Shown here piece by piece: positions 48,262-56,753 of a DNA stretch of 64,000 nt. A program made the position numbers and the translations under genes. The notes beneath the pieces were generated by a model. That model made no database searches, had not been told where the DNA came from, and saw only the letters and a program-made list of their open reading frames with translations. Within the stretch, counting starts at the first letter, position 1, and each line of letters opens with the position of its first letter. Origin of the DNA: Patescibacteria group bacterium (lineage in GTDB: Bacteria; Patescibacteriota; Patescibacteriia; UBA2196); assembly GCA_028748975.1 (NCBI GenBank), contig JAQTPI010000006.1, positions 366 to 64,365 on the forward strand, written 5' to 3'.

Positions 48262-48729
48262 ATGCTCTCTCATTCCCCCTCCCAAACCAAAACCATTGCC
48301 AAAAAACTTGCCTCTCAGTTAAAACCCGGCGCGGTTTTGGCTTTGGTCGGTGATCTCGGCGCCGGCAAAACCCATTTTGTCAAAGGTTTGGCTGAATATT
48401 TTGGCATTAAAAAAAATATTACTTCCCCGACTTTCGTTTTATTGAAAATTTATCCAATAACTAAAGTTTATCCCGAGCGAGCGGAGCGAGCCGAGGGATC
48501 TCGTAATAGAAATAAAATTAAAAAATTAATTCACCTTGACTGCTATCGCCTCAGTCATCCTGACGAACTTCTCGCCATCGGCTTCCGGGAATTTTTACAA
48601 GATAAAAATTGTTTGGTTGTAATTGAATGGGCCGACAAAATCAAAACTCTCTTGCCGAAAAATACCACTTGGCTAAAATTCAGTTTAGGCCAGAAAGAAA
48701 ATGAAAGAAAAATTGAAATCAAAAAATAA
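48262..48729 (+). CDS. tsaE: tRNA threonylcarbamoyladenosine biosynthesis protein TsaE (YjeE), with a ~14-aa in-frame insertion derived from a MITE-like element
   Basis: P-loop GDLGAGKTHFVKG. Start placed at MLSHSP, because upstream is a hairpin repeat. Residues YPERAERAEGSRNR are encoded by the repeat at 48466-48507. Confidence 0.75.
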   Translation: MLSHSPSQTKTIAKKLASQLKPGAVLALVGDLGAGKTHFVKGLAEYFGIKKNITSPTFVLLKIYPITKVYPERAERAEGSRNRNKIKKLIHLDCYRLSHPDELLAIGFREFLQDKNCLVVIEWADKIKTLLPKNTTWLKFSLGQKENERKIEIKK

Positions 48730-48732
48730 AAA

Positions 48733-48768
48733 ATCTCCGTTCTTCAACGGAGATTTTTAAATTTCATT
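48733..48768. terminator. bidirectional intrinsic terminator between convergent tsaE and the 48778 gene
   Basis: Hairpin ATCTCCGTT-CTTC-AACGGAGAT flanked by an A-run and a T-run. Confidence 0.75.
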
Positions 48769-48777
48769 ATTCTTAGT

Positions 48778-49236
48778 CTATGAATAATCACATTCTGCAA
48801 AATCCAAGTCCAACTCGTCAACCTTCTCGTGGGTTAAGGGCACTTTTCCAATAATCTTCATTTTGGCAAAAGATGTTTTCCAGCCCAAACCACTGTCAGA
48901 ATCAGTGTCCAATCCGCTACCTTCCAAAATGTACAAAAATTTAGCTTTTTTTCCATATAATTTCTTTGTATTTGTAGCATAATGTACGCAGTTATCGTCG
49001 CCGGGTAAAATAAAATCACCAACTTCAAAATTTTTGTCTGAACAATGATAACCATTAATTACCCTTTCAAAACCAGTTTCTTGTCTCTCTCTTATTATTT
49101 CCTCAATTTTCCCAACCGAAGATTTTTCCCATTTTTTTCTCACTTCTTCCGGTAACTGATTCAGCAGGGCTTCTTTAAAAGTTTTCGTTAAACCAGCCTT
49201 TTTATCAATTTGTTTTTCAATTGTTTTTACTGTCAT
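48778..49236 (-). CDS. hypothetical protein
   Basis: ORF trimmed to MTVKTIEKQ to avoid the overlap with yraN. Confidence 0.4.
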   Translation of the reverse strand: MTVKTIEKQIDKKAGLTKTFKEALLNQLPEEVRKKWEKSSVGKIEEIIRERQETGFERVINGYHCSDKNFEVGDFILPGDDNCVHYATNTKKLYGKKAKFLYILEGSGLDTDSDSGLGWKTSFAKMKIIGKVPLTHEKVDELDLDFAECDYS

Positions 49237-49246
49237 ATGTTTTATA

Positions 49247-49612
49247 TTAAATATATTTCTCCTGTTTAATTTTTGCCGAACGATTTTTAACATCCAGCTC
49301 TACTGAAATTATATCAAATCGGTAGTTTTGATTCAAACCATAATTATTCTCTTTCAAATATTTCTGCGCCGTGTAGGTCAGCCGCGCTTTTTTGCGCCGG
49401 TCCACCGCCTCCGACGGACTCCCGTAAAAAATTCCGCTTCTGGTTTTCACTTCCACAAAAACCACGTCTTTTGTTTTCTGGTCATAGACGACTAAATCCG
49501 CCTCGCCATGCCGACTATGATAATTGCCGGATAAAATTTTGTAACCCCTTTCCTCCAAAAACTTCCGCGCCAAATCCTCGCCCAAATTGCCTAATGATTT
49601 TTTGGTATTCAT
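49247..49612 (-). CDS. yraN: YraN-family (UPF0102) endonuclease-like protein
   Basis: GEDLARKFLEERGYKIL...GEADLVVYD...VFVEVKTR pattern of the YraN/restriction-endonuclease-like fold. Confidence 0.7.
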   Translation of the reverse strand: MNTKKSLGNLGEDLARKFLEERGYKILSGNYHSRHGEADLVVYDQKTKDVVFVEVKTRSGIFYGSPSEAVDRRKKARLTYTAQKYLKENNYGLNQNYRFDIISVELDVKNRSAKIKQEKYI

Positions 49613-49622
49613 ACTCTTCCTG

Positions 49623-49750
49623 GTGTCATCCTGAGGCCGATATCACATCAGCCGAAGGATCCCCTGCGAACTTGGGGAGGTAGTATTTTTTACGCTTTTC
49701 CCATTTGCCACGGGGTCCTTCGTCCCGAGTAATCGGGACTCAGGACAGGT
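49623..49750. mobile_element. MITE-like element with GTCATCCTGAGG left TIR
   Basis: See 14386-14540. Lies between yraN and yebC. Confidence 0.55.
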
Positions 49751-49760
49751 TGTAAAAAAA

Positions 49761-50480
49761 TTACATTAGATTAGTAAAATATTCCGCCACGTCCTGATGC
49801 TCTTCCAAGTCATCAATTAATTTATGTAATTTTTCACTCGTCTCATCGGAAATTTCCATTTTCTCTTTAGCCAAATATTCTACTCCGGCCGCTTCAATTT
49901 TAATTCCATCTTTTTCCAAACCGTCTTTAACTCTCCGCAAATCCTCCGGTTTGGTATAAATTATTATATCATTCTCTTCTTCTAAAAAATCTTCCGCCCC
50001 CAAATCAATCACCTTTAATTCAAACTCCTCATTATTCATTTTTAATTTTTCATTTTTCACTATTATTACACCTTTCCTCTCAAACATCCAACTTACTGCG
50101 CCAGGAGTTGCTAAAATTCCGCCGTGATTGGCAAAAAGATGTTTTAATTCATTAAAAGTTCGGTTGCTGTTGTCGCTGATGGCTTCCATAATAAAAGCGA
50201 CTTGGCCCGGACCAAAACCTTCATAAACAGTGTGGTTAAGTTGCGCTCCGCCCGCTCCGCCAGAGCCCCTGGCAATAGCACGGTCAATGTTTTCTTTGGG
50301 CATGCTCACGGCTTTAGCGCGGTCAATGGCCAGGCGCAAATTAAAATTCATCTCCGGGTCAGCCCCTAAGCGCGCCGCCACGGAAATGGCATTGGACAGC
50401 TTGGTAAAAGCGCTACCGCGCCGCTGGTCCACCACTTCTTTTTTTCTTTTAGTTGTCGCCCATTTGGAATGTCCGCTCAT
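49761..50480 (-). CDS. yebC: YebC/PmpR-family DNA-binding transcriptional regulator
   Basis: MSGHSKWATTKRKKEVVDQRRG...NFNLRLAIDRAK signature. 239 aa. Confidence 0.9.
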   Translation of the reverse strand: MSGHSKWATTKRKKEVVDQRRGSAFTKLSNAISVAARLGADPEMNFNLRLAIDRAKAVSMPKENIDRAIARGSGGAGGAQLNHTVYEGFGPGQVAFIMEAISDNSNRTFNELKHLFANHGGILATPGAVSWMFERKGVIIVKNEKLKMNNEEFELKVIDLGAEDFLEEENDIIIYTKPEDLRRVKDGLEKDGIKIEAAGVEYLAKEKMEISDETSEKLHKLIDDLEEHQDVAEYFTNLM

Positions 50481-50641
50481 TTTTGTTGGTTGTCATCCCG
50501 AGGAGTCACGCGACGAGGGATCTCGTAGTAACCCGCTCGGAATATTAAACTAAAGCTAATTTAACCTTATCATTTTAAAACACAAAAATCAAATAAAAAA
50601 GCGGGGCAAACTGAATTGCCACCGCCGTGTTATTTTAACTC

Positions 50642-50965
50642 TTAGCCAGGTAAGATCTCGTGTAATTTTCCGTTCTTAACGCTTAAACTGTGGAGGCCGG
50701 AAAATATCTTTATTTTTTGTTTGTGCCTTTCTTTCAAAAAGAAATTGGTATTGTTTTTTTGGTCCACCTGTATTTTTGCAGTATCTCGACTGCTAATAAT
50801 GAAATCCCCGTCCTTTAGGCGGGCAAAAGGACCCTCCTCTTCCACTTTCAGACGTAGGGGATTTGTTTGAATAACTTCCGCAATATAAGTTCCAATCATT
50901 CCGGTTATCTGAATCACCACATAATCACCAGGATTGGTGGTATACTTTTCGTCCTCATTATTCAT
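50642..50965 (-). CDS. hypothetical protein (107 aa)
   Basis: Intact ORF, no family recognised. Confidence 0.35.
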   Translation of the reverse strand: MNNEDEKYTTNPGDYVVIQITGMIGTYIAEVIQTNPLRLKVEEEGPFARLKDGDFIISSRDTAKIQVDQKNNTNFFLKERHKQKIKIFSGLHSLSVKNGKLHEILPG

Positions 50966-51481
50966 AGCAACCCCTTATTTTTTATTTTCATTTTTTCCTC
51001 TTTACTTCATGATAAAAAATTGTGGTCAAAATGGCGAAATAGCCGTGTTCTGTGTCTGTGGTTTCTGATCTCTGAAACCGCTCCGTAATTTTGATATTAT
51101 TACCCATTTTTGTAAGCCATTTATTTACTTTTCTTTCGTGTGCCGCGGCTTTTCCGTCAGTCTGAAAATATTTTACTTGCTCCATTTTTTCCTCCTTTTG
51201 TGTGATTTTGGCACGATTGCCATTTTTTAATAAAGATCCTTATTCGTCTTAATCCTAACGCACTTATAATTTTATGTCAAAGGATAAAAATACTTGATTT
51301 TTTAATACAAAAATTCTATACTAAAACTTGGGTTTTGTTATTTGCCTGCCCGCTTCGAGTCGCGAAGCGAGTCGGGTGGGTGTTTTGAGCTTTGTTCAAG
51401 CTGGAGTGGCGGAATTGGCCCGCCTCGACTCGCCTCGCTTGTCGAGGCGAGGCGGGTATACCTGCCCGCCATATGCCTTGA

Positions 51482-51563
51482 GCCGGAGTGGTGAAATTGG
51501 CAGACACGCCAGGTTTAGGACCTGGTGCCGAAAGGTTTGTGGGTTCGAGTCCCACCTCCGGCA
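51482..51563 (+). tRNA. tRNA-Leu (anticodon UAG), class II with long variable arm
   Basis: GCCGGAG acceptor, D-arm GUG-AAAUUGGCAGA-CAC, anticodon arm CCAGG-UUUAGGA-CCUGG, variable hairpin, T-arm GUGGG-UUCGAGU-CCCAC, acceptor CUCCGGC, discriminator A. Confidence 0.85.
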
Positions 51564-51803
51564 TAAGGCAAATGGCAGGCAGGCGCGCCCCGCAAATGCG
51601 GGGTTCCCGCAAGGGATTGAGAGTTCGAGTCTCTCCTCCAGCATTAAAAGTTACAGAAATTTTTTATAAATTTCTGTTTTTTTATTTATTTTTTTGCACT
51701 TGACATTAAATATCAACTATGCTAAACTTAAATATTATCGAATTTTCGATAATCCCTGCCACGGGGAACCCGTGGAAATTCAAAATCAAAAAAGGAGGAA
51801 GTT

Positions 51804-52589
51804 ATGAAGGAAAAATTAATAACGGCAGAAGAGCTAAAATCATTGCTTCTGGCGCGTTATCGTATGGATCAAGAAAAAAATGTAAGGTTACAAACACGCC
51901 TCCAACAAGAACTTGGTCAAGAACTTGGTAATGAGGCGCAAAAAGAGGGGCCAGAAGTCGTCGCAATCAATAACAAATTAGCCGACTGGCTCTGTGATAT
52001 AGTTGCTCAGCGCCTCAAACAAAATTGCCATGATGTTCCACTTCTCTCGACTCAAGATCTCGTCAAGTTCGTCCCCGCCATACTTGAAGTTCTTGAGCAA
52101 GGAGAAAACAGCAAACTTGATGATGTAGAACGCAAAAGGTTTGAAAAAACCATGGAAATTGTGTTTAATAACTACCTCGAAATGGTGTTTAGTCTGGTGC
52201 CTGCAGAAAAAAATATTTATGAAGAGTATTGGCGATGGATAGAGATCGTTCTCAAGCTTGCGGCCGAACGCAATGTTCCGCCGACGGAACTTTTCAATCT
52301 TGAAGATACGGCCGACGAAATCACGCGGCAAATGCTCTCTAAAGAACAATTTATCGCTATTTCCAAAAAAGCGGTAGATAAATTCGTTAACGCTGACACT
52401 CTCAAAAAAACTCTCTTCCAACCAACACTCGACGCTCTGGCCGACGGTGACGAACAAGAACGTCAAGAGTTGGAGCAAGAATTTGAAAAAGAAATTATGC
52501 CGCAATTACGTGAGATTGCTGAAAAATCCAACAAAATTATCAAGATTTTTTTTGACGAGGAAACCGCGCGAATTTATACCATAACCTAA
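51804..52589 (+). CDS. hypothetical acidic helical protein (261 aa)
   Basis: RBS AAAGGAGG. Strong intrinsic terminator at 52610-52655. Confidence 0.5.
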   Translation: MKEKLITAEELKSLLLARYRMDQEKNVRLQTRLQQELGQELGNEAQKEGPEVVAINNKLADWLCDIVAQRLKQNCHDVPLLSTQDLVKFVPAILEVLEQGENSKLDDVERKRFEKTMEIVFNNYLEMVFSLVPAEKNIYEEYWRWIEIVLKLAAERNVPPTELFNLEDTADEITRQMLSKEQFIAISKKAVDKFVNADTLKKTLFQPTLDALADGDEQERQELEQEFEKEIMPQLREIAEKSNKIIKIFFDEETARIYTIT

Positions 52590-52775
52590 TTCAATCCCAA
52601 CAACATTAACCTCTCACAGATTCGCCATAAACGAATCTTTGTGAGAGGTTTTTTCTTTTTTCAAAAAAACATTTTATTGAAAAAAATATCACAATAAGCT
52701 ATGATTAATTTGTAATCACTTTTTCTTGCTTTCCTTATTTTTTTCTAATCACTCTTCTCTAATCTCTATTCTCTT

Positions 52776-53246
52776 ATGATAATTTTAGGCATCGATCCCG
52801 GCTATGCCATTACTGGCTGGGCCATTTTGGAAAAAAAAGGCGCCAAACTAATACCCCTTGATTACGGCGCCATTGAAACAATGTCCGGCCTGCCCCATGC
52901 CGAACGGCTTTTAATTCTGCACCAAGCACTGCAAAAAATTATTAAAAAATTTAAACCCGAACTTCTCTCGGTGGAAGAACTTTTCTTTTTCAAAAATTTA
53001 AAAACTGCCATCAAAGTGGCGGAAGCGCGCGGCGTGATTCTTGCTGTTGCCGCCGAAGCTGGTTTAAAAATTTTAGAAATTACTCCGCTTCAAATTAAAC
53101 AAGCTCTTGTCGGCTATGGCCGCGCTGAAAAAAAACAGGTTCAGCAAATGGTCAAAGTAATTCTGGGCCTGAAAGAAATTCCCGAGCCCGACGACGCCGC
53201 CGACGCCCTTGCCGCCGCGATTACGGGAGCAAACAATCGGCGCTAG
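52776..53246 (+). CDS. ruvC: crossover junction endodeoxyribonuclease RuvC
   Basis: MIILGIDPGYAITGWAIL and catalytic Asp/Glu positions typical of RuvC. 156 aa. Confidence 0.9.
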   Translation: MIILGIDPGYAITGWAILEKKGAKLIPLDYGAIETMSGLPHAERLLILHQALQKIIKKFKPELLSVEELFFFKNLKTAIKVAEARGVILAVAAEAGLKILEITPLQIKQALVGYGRAEKKQVQQMVKVILGLKEIPEPDDAADALAAAITGANNRR

Positions 53247-53566
53247 CCCAATAGTTTATCCCGAGCGACCCCGAGTACTTGGGGGAGTCGAGGGATCTCG
53301 TGGTTTGGTAAATTTTATAATAAAGATATAGGGATATAAGGATATATAAAAACAAGAAAAGCCCGCCCGAACGACTGCTGTCGTTCAGTCGGGCGGGCAA
53401 GAAAAAAGTAAAAAACATTTTTGTAAATACCTCACGATCGTGAGGTATTTACAAAATTAAAAATAAAAAAAGTTTGGTTATTTTCGCGGCCGCAATTTTA
53501 ATCAAACTTTTTTAATTTAAAAAAAACAGCCCCAAAGGAATCGTCCTTCGGGGCTTTTTGAAAATT

Positions 53567-54169
53567 TTACTCACGCACGGCCATAAAACGGCAACCGCCA
53601 TGCCAGTCGTAATACCATTCACGCATGATACAATACAAACCTAACCGACGCCGACCATCGTGTCTATCAAGAAACAACACACAATGATAACCATACGCAT
53701 TCCTCCACGGAGAGCCGAGAGCCACGACAGGAAATTCTCGTTGTTTTTCCGGGTAGATGAAGCCGAACATCAAAAGCTCAGCAGGTTCGGCTGGACGCAA
53801 TCCTCGTAGCTTAAGATCATTGAGAACTGCCTGGTTAGACATATCCCGATCATAGTGGACCAAGACCAGATCGGTGGATTTACCGAGTTCCAACCTGATA
53901 GGGAAATGATCGTCAGTGATGACCGAATCGGACCAGTCGTATTTACCGGCCTTAATCAGGGAGTTGACGGTGGAACCGTTTGGAATGGTTATGGTGTAGA
54001 CATCACCAATGGTCATATCACCGAACTTTCCTTCAATTGCATTCTGTAAACACTTACGCAATTTCAGCAGATCATACGGATAACCTTTCGCCCCCCTGAT
54101 CTGCTTTTCGATTTCGAACAGTTGGGCCAAAAGCCCGTTTTTCAGCTCGCCTGTGACGATGGTCGCCAT
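53567..54169 (-). CDS. hypothetical protein (200 aa), elevated GC (~50%)
   Basis: Strong RBS AAAGGAGG. Bidirectional terminator at 53521-53565. No family recognised. Confidence 0.45.
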   Translation of the reverse strand: MATIVTGELKNGLLAQLFEIEKQIRGAKGYPYDLLKLRKCLQNAIEGKFGDMTIGDVYTITIPNGSTVNSLIKAGKYDWSDSVITDDHFPIRLELGKSTDLVLVHYDRDMSNQAVLNDLKLRGLRPAEPAELLMFGFIYPEKQREFPVVALGSPWRNAYGYHCVLFLDRHDGRRRLGLYCIMREWYYDWHGGCRFMAVRE

Positions 54170-54313
54170 GACGAACCTCCTTTGTTGAATTTTCCGCGTT
54201 AGCCCACGGCAGATGTCACCATTATTGGTAACATCTACATTATACTAAATCCACAAATTTTGTCAATAGCCAACAAAAAAACGGGCCAAAGCCCGCTTTT
54301 ATTTTTACCTAAT

Positions 54314-55522
54314 TTAAATTTTTTCACTAAGTTCTAAGTTTATAAATCTCCTCTTTCCCACCTGTATCACCATTCTGTTTTTAATTTCAATTTCTGCCTG
54401 CCAGTCTTTGATGACTTCGTCATCAATTTTTACCCCGCCTTGTTCAACCAAACGTCGTGCTTCAGCTTTACTGGATACCAATTTTGTATTAACCAATAAG
54501 TTCAAAATATTTTGAACTCTGGTTTTAACTCTAACTTTCTCCATTTCCACTGGCTTTTCTTTTTCGCTGAAAACTTTAATAAAATTTTCCCGCGCTTTTT
54601 TGGCTTCCTTTTCTGAATGCAATAATTTTACAACTTCCAAAGCCAAATCCAATTTCAAATCGCGCGGATTCTCGCCTTTCTCCATTCTCTTTTTAATTTT
54701 TCCCAAATCCGCTTTGGTTAAAATTTCAAAACCCGGCAAAATCAAACCATCAGGCCAAGACATTACTTTACCGAATTTATCATTCGCCGAATCAGTCAAG
54801 GCCGCCATGTTGCCTTCGGTTTTGCCCATTTTTTGCCCGCTGGCATCAGTCAAAAGTTTCACCCCAATCACAAATTTTTCTTTGTTTTTCAATGCCTTCA
54901 TCAAATCGCGTCCGGCCAAAATATTGAAAAGCTGATCATTGCCGCCCAGTTCTCCATCCACATCCATGGCGACACAGTCGTAACCCTGCATCAGAGGATA
55001 TAAAAATTCATGAAGATAAATCGGTTTGTTTTCTTTCATGCGCTTGTCAAACATGTCGCGCGCGAGCATCTGCTGCACCGTAAAATTGGAAGCCAAGTTC
55101 ACCACCTCTTCAAACTTAAGTTTGGAAAGCCATTTGCTATTAAATTCTACCCTCACTCCGCCCCAGCCAAATTTCAAAACCGGCGCCAATTGTTTTTTAT
55201 AACCGCTCAAATTTTTCTTTACTTCTTTTTTAGTCAATTGTTTTCGCGCCGCGCTTTTGTCCGTTGGGTCGCCAATCATACCGGTAAAATCTCCCATTAA
55301 AAGAATTGCCTCGTGCCCCAAATCCGCGAATTCTTTCAGTTTTAAAATCGTTACCAAATGCCCGAGGTGTAAATTTGGCCCGGTCGGGTCAATTCCCAGA
55401 TACATTTTCAGTTTTTTGCCGGACATTAATTTTTCCCGCACAAATTCCTTAGATGGCAAAACCGTCTCCACCCCGCGGGAGAGAAACTCGTCAATTCGTT
55501 TTGGATCGGTGATAATTTTCAT
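54314..55522 (-). CDS. tyrS: tyrosine--tRNA ligase
   Basis: HIGH motif (HLGHLV), KMSKS-like QKMGKTEGN, and C-terminal S4 domain. Start trimmed to MKIITDPKR, because the upstream codons lie in the MITE TIR. Confidence 0.9.
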   Translation of the reverse strand: MKIITDPKRIDEFLSRGVETVLPSKEFVREKLMSGKKLKMYLGIDPTGPNLHLGHLVTILKLKEFADLGHEAILLMGDFTGMIGDPTDKSAARKQLTKKEVKKNLSGYKKQLAPVLKFGWGGVRVEFNSKWLSKLKFEEVVNLASNFTVQQMLARDMFDKRMKENKPIYLHEFLYPLMQGYDCVAMDVDGELGGNDQLFNILAGRDLMKALKNKEKFVIGVKLLTDASGQKMGKTEGNMAALTDSANDKFGKVMSWPDGLILPGFEILTKADLGKIKKRMEKGENPRDLKLDLALEVVKLLHSEKEAKKARENFIKVFSEKEKPVEMEKVRVKTRVQNILNLLVNTKLVSSKAEARRLVEQGGVKIDDEVIKDWQAEIEIKNRMVIQVGKRRFINLELSEKI

Positions 55523-55532
55523 AATCAGCAAT

Positions 55533-55681
55533 GTCATTCCGAGCCACGCGCCAGCGGGCGAGGAATCTTGTAGAATACTAACAAATTTTTATTAAATTAT
55601 TGGTTTTATTGAATTATTGGATTATTATTCTCTTTACTCACGAGATCCTTCGTCCTCGCTCTCGCTCGTCCTCAGGATGAC
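55533..55681. mobile_element. complete MITE-like element (~150 bp) with TIRs TGTCATTCCGAG / CTCAGGATGACA
   Basis: The ends are reverse-complementary. Sits between divergent tyrS and the ROK kinase gene and extends both ORF-track calls. Confidence 0.6.
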
Positions 55682-55742
55682 ACGCCCTTACTCTTTCTGC
55701 TATAATACTATTATAATTCATTACCCTAATTTATTCAAATTT

Positions 55743-56576
55743 ATGGCTACTTATTCCATCGCCCTTGACATCGGCGCGACCAAAACCGCCGCCGCCTTGC
55801 TCGCCGGCAATAAAATCATCAAAAAAGTCGTCAAGCCCACTGGCGCCGGCCAAAACAAAACAAAAATTTTAAAAAACATCAGCGGCCTCATCCGCTCTCT
55901 TTGGATTCCTAATGTTAAAAAAATTGGAATTGGCCTCGCTGGCCAAATTGACGCCAAAAAAGGCATTGTTAATTCCACCGTCAATTTTAATAAAGATTTC
56001 CGTCAAATCAAGCTGGCAGAAATTTTGAAAAAAGAATTCAAAGTTCCGGTTTCTCTGGATAACGATGTCAAATGTTTTGCCCAAGGTGAACTAAAATTCG
56101 GCCAAGGCAGATATTTTAATAATTTTCTGGCGCTCACTTTTGGCACTGGCATCGGCGGCGCTGTTATTATTGACCAAAAACTTTATCGCGGCAAAAATAA
56201 TTTAGCCGGCGAATTCGGTCATCTGAAAATTGCCGGCACCTGGAGCGGCGAAACACCGCTCTGCGGCTGCGGCCAAAAATATTGTTTTGAATCTTTGGCC
56301 TCTGGCCGCGCTTGGCACAAACTGGCCAAAAAATATGGCGAAAAATCCGCCGACAAAATTATTGCGCCCAATATTGCCGTTGGTTTAGCCAATTTGGCCA
56401 CCGCCTTCAACCCCGAGGCCATCATCGTCGCCGGCGGTTTGATGGACCACAAAGGCCTTTTTGAAAAAGTCAGAAAAGAATTTAACCTTAAAGTTCCCTA
56501 CCCCGTTCTCCGCCAAACCCGCCTGATTAAATCAAAATTAGGCGAAAATGCAATACTATTAGGAGCTTTATTATAA
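55743..56576 (+). CDS. ROK-family sugar kinase (glucokinase-like)
   Basis: IALDIGATKTAAAL N-terminal ATPase motif. ROK zinc motif CGCGQKYCFESLASG. Start placed at MATYSIALD. Confidence 0.8.
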   Translation: MATYSIALDIGATKTAAALLAGNKIIKKVVKPTGAGQNKTKILKNISGLIRSLWIPNVKKIGIGLAGQIDAKKGIVNSTVNFNKDFRQIKLAEILKKEFKVPVSLDNDVKCFAQGELKFGQGRYFNNFLALTFGTGIGGAVIIDQKLYRGKNNLAGEFGHLKIAGTWSGETPLCGCGQKYCFESLASGRAWHKLAKKYGEKSADKIIAPNIAVGLANLATAFNPEAIIVAGGLMDHKGLFEKVRKEFNLKVPYPVLRQTRLIKSKLGENAILLGALL

Positions 56577-56745
56577 AAATTCCAAATTACAAGCACCAAA
56601 TGCCAGCTCCGCTGGCATCCCGCAATTCTGCGGGATGGTTGTTAAAGCAACCACAAACAAATCTCAAATATCAAAATTCAAATTTCAAACAAATTGGCGC
56701 TCCGCGCCAACCGTTTGTTATTTGGAATTTGTAATTTGGTGCTTC
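56575..56745. repeat. large hairpin element, copy 3 (between the ROK kinase and PBP genes)
   Basis: Arms CCAAATTACAAGCACCAAA ... TTTGGAATTTGTAATTTGGTGCTTC. Central TTGGCGCTCCGCGCCAA. Confidence 0.55.
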
Positions 56746-56753
56746 TTTTCTAT

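Noticed and set aside
51402-51643. tRNA-like halves flanking tRNA-Leu considered as tmRNA (ssrA)
   Set aside because: Span is only ~240 nt, it contains a complete canonical tRNA-Leu, and there is no tag-peptide ORF ending in ALAA-like residues.
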